Assembly: GCA_051047955.1 (NCBI GenBank)
Contig: JBPGPT010000017.1
Span: 310,001-330,635, forward strand
Source of the DNA: Cystobasidiomycetes sp. EMM_F5
Taxonomy: Eukaryota
Direction of reading: 5' to 3'
Length of the DNA stretch: 20,635 bases
This document shows, piece after piece, positions 1 to 9,897 of the stretch (position 1 is its first letter; each line of letters begins with the position of its first letter). Both the position numbers and the translations under genes were made by a program. The notes below the pieces were generated by a model that was not told the DNA's origin, searched no databases, and was given only the letters and a program-made list of their open reading frames with translations.

Positions 1-1370
1 GCGCCGCGAGGAGACTGCTACGTTGGCCCAACGAGAAAGAACATTGAAAATCGTACTAGAAAAGCTAGAGAAAAGCGAGGCCAGCGACATTGAACGAAAG
101 AAATCCAGTACTTTGTATAAGAGGCTGGAAGAACACAGAGAAGCTCTGACATCGCTGCGGAAACAGCGCACTCACTTGCAATCCCAGATTGGGGATCTTC
201 AAACCCTTCTGTCTGACCTCAAGACTTCGTTCAATCCAAATTATCAGGACATGGCAGTTCTTGGAGCAGTGCGTGCATTCGATGACTGGCGCAAGAAGCA
301 CGCCTACGAAATCACTGAAGAATCGCCCGTCGGGCGGGGCGAAGCCGACTCTGCTGAAGGCGACACTGCAGTCGAAGAAGTACAGCCAGCAACGCTTGAT
401 TTCGATGAGATTTCAGACGAAATTCTTCTTGCGATGGAGGGAGAAGACTCGCTCAACCTGATTAGCGAGTTAGATGCTACTTCTATAGCCGACGATGCAA
501 CCAGCATGCGTGAGACGGCAATTCTCGGATCAGGTCGCACCGTAACTGACACGAGACGTTTCTCCACACAGTCTTCCGTCTCGAGGAGTACTTACCTGAC
601 AGCCTCCGACCCCATTACGAGGGCATGCGCAAATCTCTCCTGGACGTGCTTACCAATTTCGGTCTCATTTCAAAGACTGTTGTCGAGAAGAGCGAGCGCC
701 CTGATGTCTCAAAAGCTCGCACAACATACCAAGATGCAGAGCGATCTTTGCGAGACAATGAACGCCAAGTGTCCGAAAACGAGGCATCGCTGAAGAAAGA
801 CTGGGGAGCCGACTGGGCATGGAAAAAGCTGGAGGGCCAATGTATCGAGAAAGAAGCTGGAGAATATGTGTACGAGCTCTGCTTCTTTGATAAGGCATCC
901 CAACGATCAAACAAAGGCCATGGTACGACAAATTTAGGGTGAGTGACGTAGCATGCGCTATGACAAAAACGTGTGTTTAATGTTATGCTATAACAGCAAC
1001 TTTGCCAGTTGGAACACAGCTGCGTCAGTAGGTACACCGGAATACTACCTGAAACAGTCGTATGAGAACGGACAGAGGTAAGCATACCTGAGTTTGGTGA
1101 GGCGAGTTGGATCTGATGAATAATATGCAACATTCAGGTGTTGGAACGGTCCAGATCGATCCGTAGCTGTGGAGTTCATCTGCGGCACTAGTAATGCGTT
1201 ACTTTCTATAATGGAGCCGTGAGTCAGGCTCCTTACGCGGCGAAGCAATATGCTAACATTTTGCTTCCAGCGAAAAATGCACTTATTTGTACAAAGTGCA
1301 GACGCCTGGCGTATGTGTTGAGCCCGCTGTACAGGGGAGCGACGAAGACAGTCACTCGGACGAATTATGA
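1..1370 (+). CDS. GTB1: Glucosidase II beta subunit (PRKCSH/Gtb1 family), 5'-truncated by the window edge. Exons <1-509, 572-938, 997-1077, 1138-1218, 1271-1370
   Basis: Four GT-AG introns (510-571, 939-996, 1078-1137, 1219-1270) join the fragments in frame. The product has the NPNYQDMAV motif, a coiled coil, and an MRH domain (WAWKKLEGQCIEKEAGEYVYELCFF...YENGQRCWNGPDRS...CGTSNALLSIMEPEKCTY...TPGVC). It ends in the ER-retrieval-like sequence HSDEL-stop. Confidence 0.93.
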
Positions 1371-1521
1371 CATTTGTCTTGTGTACGATCGTCAAGCATA
1401 TCATAGCAGTGATGCAGAAGTTTATGAGTTTGCAAAAATCACCTATCCTATATCATGCTAGCTAGGAATGAGCGCAAAGCTTCTCCGTGATCAGCTGATA
1501 CTGTATGCGAAGATGAGGTCT

Positions 1522-2432
1522 TCAAAATGTGGCAGATTCTTGGTTATAATGTGCTGCGCGAAGTGCCGTTCCGTCATCCAGGGATGGCTTCGCGTCGGGC
1601 CGCTGAGTCTTTTGCATCTTCGTGGATAGTGCAGCCAATTGCACAACCGGATACCTGACGATAGTGCTCTTAAATACGCTTTGCAAGACGTTTGACTTTG
1701 CGAACACTCGCTTGGGCAGCCTGTGCCGCAAAGCCCAGTAACCCACGCGAGCACGTCTCTGCTCCGCAGGTGGCGCAATGACCGGTAAGTGCTCGAGGAT
1801 GGGAGTACCTTCGCAATAGAAAATGCTCATCTGAATCCATCTCTTTTGCTGTTGCAACCTAGCGCAATTGACGTATCGAGCACAGAATTGGTAGAGCAGC
1901 GTATCCTGCCGACAATCGATAATAAAGAACCATTTTCCCTTCTGATCTTGATCTTCCTGCATCGTGACAAGCCCGAGGCTTTGTGCATTACATTAGCCTT
2001 CGCGGCGCACGAGACTGGCTTCCAGCATTGTGCCACTCACTCGATATTTCGTGTACCAAGCCTAAGCGTAATGAGCGCATGACGACTGCCCTCCTCACCA
2101 GGACCTGGTCTCCCTAGAGGTGACTCAACACGGCAGGTTGTGCCAGGTTCGCAGAAAACAGTTTTCGATCCACCGAAGCAGAAATTCAATCTTACGACTT
2201 GCTCAAACGGATAGCTGACAGTCGTGTCTGGACCTAGTGCATCGTATGTGGTCTGGTCTATAAAGCGTACTATGTCTTGACTTGAGACTGTATTGCGAGT
2301 GCGCGATTTAGGGACTCCGGCATCCGACCGATGATGCTGCGGAGACTTGAGTCGAGACGTGACAGACTTTGCTGCTGGTACGGCACAGCCAGTGCTTTCG
2401 AGGTCAGTCTGGCGCAAAGTGATGTCCTGCAT
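1522..2432 (-). CDS. Hypothetical protein of about 282 aa. Exons 2432-2041 and 1978-1522; 3' structure uncertain
   Basis: ORFs 2037..2432 and 1522..1962 are joined in frame by a canonical 62-nt intron at 2040-1979 (GTGAGT...GCTAAT...AAG), reading RNID-LGLVTMQED across the junction. No family was recognised with confidence. Confidence 0.55.
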
Positions 2433-2860
2433 CAGTATGAGGGGAATCGCCGACCGAGGCGGGAGTGTATGCAGATGTATTGTGGGTGGAATAGGGTGTC
2501 ACGCTTCGCACTGGAATACGGGACAAGTTATAGCGAGGGTTAACTGTACTGATCGTCTAGCGACCCAAGCAACTGCACCGCAGATAGTATGGTACGGCGC
2601 TGCACATCTGACAAAGGGGTGGCATCGCTCGTACTTCAGCGACATTCCGCATGTATGGTGGGCGTCATCGCAAGGACCAGGTATTGTCAGTACTGTTTCC
2701 CTTCCTTGCCTGCTGACCCTTCATATTGTCGCTGTTGTGTAATGTCAGGCCGACTCGCCTTGACAAATCAGTTAACAGTCGGAATGCTCCACTGCATAAT
2801 GTAAATGCTTATGACCTGGTTTATGTATTAGGGAAAAATGGACAATGCATGCTCTGTCTT

Positions 2861-4140
2861 TCAAAAGTGACTTCTTTCGTAATTGCTATTCTTGAAGTCA
2901 TCGTGCATCTGGTGTTTTGACGGCCTGAAAAGATGCTGAATCTTGCTAGGCTTGCCTGCGAACCCTTTTCCGAGAGGCCCAACAGCTTCATCTTGTGTAT
3001 GTACGTGGTTGTTTCCTTGACCTCTCCTTTCTTCATCGGCATTAGCTGCAGTATGGTGTCCCGGGACGAGAGGGGATGTTGTATCGTGTAGGTAAAACCA
3101 GTATAGCGAGATGCTGAGAAGGAAGGCGCCGATGAGGTTGCCGACTAGGGCGGATATCATTGTCTTCCAGATATAAAAGCCCGGCGTGATGCCTGGCGCG
3201 TCGAGGATTATGGCCATCGGTATCTGCCGGTGTGCACATAAGTTAGGACTCCGATGTGATATGCGCAAATGGAGTGGACATACGGTGAACATGTCTGCGA
3301 CAACGTGCTCATACTGAAGGACGACGAAAGTAGACAGAGGGATCCAAACGCCTACAACTTTGCCAAACAGATCCGACGCCATAGATGCAAGATAGACCGA
3401 CATGCAGACCATGATGTTACACCCAATACCGCGGCACAGTAGATTGCCCCAAGACAAGGTGATTACGCGAGAGGTCGCTGCTGTGGTGATAAAGCTCGAA
3501 ATAGCCTCGGTATTGGCCAACGCAGCGTACTTGACCAAAATGCCGGCGAAGACTGCGAACGTAACATGTCAGGGTATAGCTGTCCAAGCCGTGAGACATT
3601 AGTCAAGTACACAATGAACCGACAAGATTGCCGAAGAATACGACAATGTACTGGATAGAACAGCTGGGTCAGCAAGCTTCGCCAACGTTTGCGTCTTCGC
3701 CGTACCGAATACGGCACGGACCACCATGGGATTCTGCCCTTGACTGCCGCAAGGAGGAAGAACATCATGTCGGAAGTGAGGAGCTCTGTTCCGGAGAGTA
3801 CAATCATCGCGAGACCGACTGGAAAGACGAGACCTTCGAGCATGCGGATAACGCCCGCCCAGTCGCTGTTGACTCTAGTAGAGACTCCGCCTACGACGGC
3901 CTCAAACATGCCACCGTACGACAGAAATATCCCTCCCCAAACTGCCTTAAAGAAGAGGACGTCTAGCCGTTGAGCATGGCGGTTCACGCCGCTCTCGACC
4001 ATTGCTTCTGCCGCCTGTTTCGGAGACAGGATTTGGGGTGTAGCGGGTTTGGCATTACCGCGGTCCTGTGGGCCCTGAGAGGCTGGCCCTCCATTCGACT
4101 TGTCTTTGGGATGCTGCCCAGTTGCTCGAATACCTTCCAT
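2861..4140 (-). CDS. Formate/nitrite transporter (FNT family). Exons 4140-3706, 3650-3611, 3552-3284, 3223-2861
   Basis: FNT signature segments: GLVFPVGLAMIVLSGTELLTSDMMF, VFFGNLVGSLFFA, RGIGCNIMVCMSVYL, FVVLQYEHVVADMF and LVGNLIGA. Three GT-AG introns (3705-3651, 3610-3553, 3283-3224) restore a single frame. Confidence 0.93.
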
Positions 4141-4377
4141 GATGTCAGCGTTATCAGCTCCTTCAGGTCTGCGGAGGATGTCAGGGGAGAAGGAAAAGAG
4201 GTGAATGGCGCTGCTGCAAATTGTAACTTGGTGACTTGGATCGTCGCTTTCAGGCTATTTGCGGCCAGTTATCGCTCAATCCTTTTGCGCGGGCTTCAAG
4301 TTTTGTCGGCATCCAGCAATGAACGAGGATCCCTTTTGCCACTTGTTGTGTCATTCCGCCGACTACCATCACAAGCC

Positions 4378-6903
4378 ATGCCGACCATTGCGGTCAACAG
4401 GGACAGCTTCCTGCGGGAACTCGGGTCGCACAAGAGTGAATACTGCACAGTCGCAATGGCAGCTCAAGTTGACAGTATGCTGAGTTTGGGCCACCACCTG
4501 AAAAACAGCCTTTGAGGAATTTGACCAGCTGTGTTTCGAGTAAGTCTGGTGTGCTGCCTGTACAGTGGTTTGCTATACTAATGTCGGTGTCGCGTTCTCC
4601 AGGTATGGCCTCGAACTCGACGAGGATGTATGTCCTGCTGTCGACAGCAGAGTGACATGGTCTGACTCGCGAATTTGTCTAGACATCTCTCACGGCCCCG
4701 GAGGAACTACCACATCAGCTCAAGATTGAAGTACCAGCAAACCGATATGATCTGCTGTGCTACGAGGGTATCCTCAGGTCCCTTCGCATATTTTTGGGCA
4801 GGGAAAAGCCGCCAGTCTTCAAGCTCGTTCCGCCTAGGGAGGACAGATGGGTGGACATCCTGCCAGAGGCGAGGTCAAATTGTGCTGATGTGCATGTGTG
4901 CTGCTGACGCTGTATTGCATGCTTGTAATCAACATCCGTCTCAGACCGCTCAAATAAGACCGTTTTTCGCAACAGCCATCATTCGCAATATCACCTTTAC
5001 ACCCGACACATATGCTTCTTTCATTGAACTACAAGATAAATTGCACCAAAATTTGGCCAGAAAACGGACACTGGTCGCGATAGGAACGCACGACTTGGAC
5101 AGAGTTGCGTGAGTCACTTCAGAGCTCGCAGCACTCCGTTGTACAAGCAGCTGATCTCAGCCACGCCTACAGTCTCGGTCGCATCACCTACGAAGCTCGT
5201 CCTCCTTCCAAGATTCGCTTCGCCCCGCTCAATCGCGACGAGGTCTACACTGCAGACAAACTGATGGAGCTATACGAGAGTGATAAACACCTCAGTCGAT
5301 ATCTACACATCATTCGCGATTCACCAGTATATCCAATTATCTACGATTCGACGGAACAGGTTCTTTCGATGCCGCCCATCATTAACTCTCAACACACGAA
5401 AATCACCCTCGACACAAAGAATGTCTTCTTCGATGTCACCGCCACAGACGAGACGAAACTGAACATCGTGCTCAACATGATGGTGACCATGTTTGCTCAG
5501 TATTCCGCTGAACCCTTTGTGTGAGTTACTGGAAGACGACCTCTAACACTCTCCATTCAGGCAAGTGAAGTCTGACTACGTGCGCATTATTAGTATCGAA
5601 CAAGTCAAGAACACATACCCCGATGGACGCGTAGTCATTACTCCAGACCTATCTCCGACCGTCTTCACTGCTCACATTTCCTACATCAATTCCTGTACTG
5701 GTCTGAATCTCGCACAGTCCCAAATGATCGAATACCTCGAAAAGATGGGCCACAAAGCCGAACCTGCTGAATCTCGAACAATATCAGATAAGCTCATCGT
5801 CAGCGTACCTTCCACTCGTCCCGATATCCTGCACGAATGCGACTTGATGGAGGATGTGGCTGTTGCATACGGCTTCAACAAGCTGACGAAAACATTCCCG
5901 TCAAGCAATACTGTCGCAAAGCCGCTGCCCATAAACAAATTGAGCGATATTATTCGACACGAGTGCGCGTTGAGCGGCTTCGTTGAAGTCTTGCCACTCA
6001 TTCTGGTATGTACCCTTGCTGACAACCTGCCAAGAAATCAAAGGCTTAGCGGAGGCTTTCTGACAGTGCTCAAAAGACGAAAATTTTGCTTGGCTTAATC
6101 GGGAGGACGACGGAACAAGCGCGATCGTGCTAGAGAACCCAAAAACTGCCGAATACCAAATTGTGCGGACGTCCTTGTTCCCAGGCTTGCTCAAGACAGT
6201 GCGCGAGAACCGAAAGCACACGCTCCCCTTGCGGATCTTTGAAGTCAGCGATATTGCCATCAAGGACGCTACTGTAGAACGCCGTGCACGGAATGTGCGG
6301 AAAGCTGCAGCCTTGTTCTGTGGACGCAAAGCTGGATTCGAAATCGTTCATGGGCTTCTAGATCGACTGATGTTGATGCTGGAGATTACAAACATCAAGA
6401 GCAGGCAAGGCAAGACTCAAGACGGCAAAGCTGGATACTGGATTGAGCAATTCGATGGTAAGCAGATGTGGCTAATTACGAGTTCAAGTGGATCTGACGA
6501 CATCCTCGACATAGACCCCACCTTTTTCCCTGACCGTGCTGCAAAGATCTACTACAGACCGCCTACTGATTCCTCTACTCAATCAGCTCATTTGCTCGAA
6601 ACCGGTGCAAACCGGGACAATGACTTGTCCACATCAAGCAGCGAGCCTGCATCGTCCTCGCAGGCTGATGGCAAGCCGACGGATGTAGCATCAAAGCAGT
6701 CTACGCAAACGTCTGCTTCGTCGGCCCTGGATTCTCTCAAAGACAAGCTTCTTTCAGCATTACCGACAACCTCGTCATCAAAGACACCAAAACAAAAGGA
6801 CCGTGAGATCGGTATCATGGGAATTCTGCATCCCACCGTTCTCCAGCATTTCGATATTGAGTACCCATGTTCGGCTATAGAATTCACCGTAGAGGGGTTG
6901 TAG
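4378..6903 (+). CDS. FRS1: Phenylalanyl-tRNA synthetase beta subunit, cytosolic type, multi-exon (first intron boundary not resolved)
   Basis: The N-terminus reads MPTIAVNRD...[16 protein letters not shown]. Internal motifs are [105 protein letters not shown] and [11 protein letters not shown]. Introns include 4869-4944 (GC-AG), 5109-5172, 5521-5593, 6006-6066 and 6458-6514. Confidence 0.96.
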
Positions 6904-7107
6904 TGCCTTGGGTAGTCAGTGGGATGACACAGGATCGGTACACCGCATGCATGCAATGCCAAAAGAAACGAGACTGAAGATCCTCCCTGATGATTTGCGC
7001 ACGTTGCACTGCCGGTTGTACCTGATTTATTTGCGGATTCGTAAAAGAAGACAATTAATTGGCAATCTCAGCATTCTGCTGTCACCGCACTCGCTCTGGT
7101 CTATGCA

Positions 7108-9825
7108 ATGATTGGCAGAGTCGAGATCCATGGCACAAACTTCATTTGCTCCGAGACTAAGCGGGTCGTACAGTTGCGAGGGGTGTCGCTGTCTGGGTCT
7201 TGCAAGCTGCCCGTCAATCTACCATCGCACGCACCAGACAAGGCAGCTTTTCTCGACCACAGGAATGTGTCATACGTTGGCAGACCGTTTCCGCTCGAGG
7301 AAATGGATGAGCACCTATCGAGGATCAGAGACTGGGGTTTCAATCTAGTCAGACTGGTCGTCACCTGGGAGGCTTTGGAGCACTCGGGCTGGCAAGTTAT
7401 CAGTAACCCCAATGGAAGCATGCTGTTCACTAATCTGGTCGGAATGAATCGCGAACAGGCAGAAATACGATAATGAATACATCGAGTATTTACGAAAGAT
7501 TGTCGAAGCTCTACCAAATTACGGCCTGAAATGCATCATTGATGCCCATCAAGATGTGTTTTCTCGTCTTACAGGTGGCTCTGGCGCTCCAGGCTGGGTG
7601 GTCGAACTTATCGGTTTCTCGCAACAAACAATACATGCTACTCACGCAGCTCATCTACATCCCTTTGCGCTCCTCCGCTCAGACCCTCCGTCATCGGTAT
7701 GGCCAACAGGATATCAGAAGTTAGCAGCTTCGACTTGCAATACCGTATTTTGGGCCGGTGACGCCTTCACGCCTCAATTGAGAGCCTCGCAGCAACCGGA
7801 AATTGGCATATCTTCATTTTTGCAAGAAGCTATGGCGGCTGCTTACGGCAAGCTTGCAGATCGCCTGGAAGGCTTGCCGGCTGTGCTGGGATTTGAGGTG
7901 CGCCTGTTTTCAGAAGTCATCATCACTAAGCCTGATGTAAATGGTTCATATCTCGGCAGCCGATGAATGAGCCGCATCGAGGCTACCTGGAACTGCATAG
8001 CCTCTACGCCTTCGATGCGAATACAGATCTACAACTAGGCTATCATGCTACAGCGATACAGTCGTTCGCCATCGGAGACGGATACGCTCAAAGAATACCG
8101 TACTACGTGCAGTCTTTTCCACAGCCGACTAAAGTATCGCATCACGAGCTGGTAAATCAGGAAGGGCACAGGGCTTGGCTTAAAGATAGGCAGTGTATCT
8201 GGCGCCAGCATGGAGTCTGGGAGTGGGATAACGTGAAAAATGCGCCCGTCGTGATGCGCCAGACGTACTTTGAGCGGAATCCAGAGACTGGCAAGCCGTT
8301 CGAATGGTATACGGACGCATGGTATCCCTTCGTTCGGCGTTTTGCTCACGCAGTCACGAAGGGTCGTGAACAAAGACGACATTGGATGACGTTCGCCGCA
8401 GGCATACCAAATGAAGTACGCAGAGAAGCTGATACATGGATGAAAGCCTCTACTGACGTCGACGTTCCAAGTTTACGCCAAAATGGCCCAAAGAATTACA
8501 GCCACCGAACTTGGTCTCGGCCCCGCATTTTTACGACTTACATGCCTTGTTTACGAAGGTACGTCGTCCGCAATGCTAAGCGTAGTAAGTTGACCTAAAT
8601 GCGATGAACAGTCGCTAGGGAATATCACGTTCAATGTTCAAGGATTGTCGAGGGTACTTGCTTGCGATGAACGTCAACAAGGACTTGCTGATATCCTTGC
8701 AACCAGGGAATGTTTCCACTGAAGGCTATTTACATCGGACGAGGGGGTCTCGAAAACAAGTGCGCCCGAATATTCTGCGTTCAATGTAGCCATTGACGCC
8801 CTCTATAGCTATGAACTACAGATAAAGAACGTTGTTAGGCGGTCACGCACTGCCACTGGTCGTCCGAGCATTATCGGCGAGATTGGCGTTCCCTTTGATA
8901 TGAACAAATTTGAAGCTGCCAAGACTGGGGACTGGAGATGGCAGGAACGGCAGATGGACGCTCTTTGTGCGGGTCTCGAGAAGAGCATGGTCAGCTATGT
9001 GTGAGTGGAGGAGGTTTGGCGCCTCCCAATCATATCGCTGATTACCTATATAATCGCCAGATTGTGGAATTACAACCCGGATAATGATAACGAACACGGA
9101 GATGCCTGGTTTGTCGTGTACCAGCAGGAGCCATGGTAGATTGACGCACCTCTGACAGCTGCTCGATAGGTACGGCGAAAACTTTTCGATCTTCAGCAAG
9201 TCCATGCTCAGCAACAGCGGCAAGGGCGCTGGCCGATGTGTCGATATGTTTCAGGTAAGTACGCGTTCACCAAACCACAGGTGGTCAGTCTGATGCGTTA
9301 AATGATGGCAGCGGCCATATGCTATAGCAACGCCAGGCATACCGATTCGTGCAGAGTATGACCCATACACACTCGCGTACGTCTACCAGTTTAGACTGCC
9401 GAAAGAAGGCAGTGATACGCCAGCTTCTACAAACCAGGAGGTAGAGATATACTTGCCGGGCAGACGGTACACGCAATTGATACACGACAAGAAAGCGATA
9501 GTCCAAATCAGCGACGGGAAATGGACGTATCTTGGCAAGGTATGCTTTGTGCGGGATTGTTGTGGTGGCTGTACACATCATCTGATAAAGGGCATTCTAG
9601 GATCAAATGCTGCGGTGGACTATCGATCAGATGAAGCCTGGCTCGCTACATACAATCCACATCCACGTTCCCAACGAAGAGTTTCACAAAATCAAGCCTC
9701 CAGAACTCGACTTGTCGGAAACGGCAAAGAATTACCTAGTCATGTTCCTTGCATTATTAGTCCCACTCTTTGTGTACGGCGTATACATGACATTCCAGCA
9801 TTTGGACAACCGCATGAAACGTTAA
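7108..9825 (+). CDS. Glycoside hydrolase family 5, endoglycoceramidase-related (EGCrP/Egh1-like glucosylceramide or sterylglucoside beta-glucosidase), about 11 exons, with a C-terminal hydrophobic helix
   Basis: Motifs include LRGVSLSGSCKLP, VSYVGRPFPLEEMDEHLSRIRDWGFNLVRLVVTWEALEH and IDAHQDVFSRLTGGSGAPGW. The acid/base motif GFEPMNEPH appears after splicing the intron at about 7898, and the nucleophile motif IIGEIGVPFDMN lies at about 8873-8910. Also LWNYNPDN...GDAWYGENFS and RPYAIATPG. All exons join through canonical-looking introns. Confidence 0.9.
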
Positions 9826-9897
9826 AGCATGTAGATAAGCGGAGAATAGCAAATGAGAACGTGTTGTTGTATTACAGGAGTTACAAGACATCGATAT

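Noticed and set aside
23..793. 256-aa ORF taken as a complete protein
   Set aside because: It starts at an internal TTG and reads through intron 510-571 into the wrong frame. It is part of GTB1.
2433..2860. Short overlapping plus-strand ORFs between the orphan gene and the FNT gene
   Set aside because: No motifs or coherent splice chain were found. The region is best read as FNT 3' UTR plus the orphan gene promoter.
2861..4140. Horizontal transfer or nitrate-assimilation cluster around the FNT gene
   Set aside because: FNT genes are common in fungi, this one has three ordinary introns, and no nitrate or nitrite reductase is adjacent.
3970..4377. 181-aa plus-strand ORF upstream of FRS1, possibly a targeting extension
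   Set aside because: It has a non-ATG start and overlaps the FNT CDS in antisense. The conserved PheRS beta N-terminus MPT begins at 4378.
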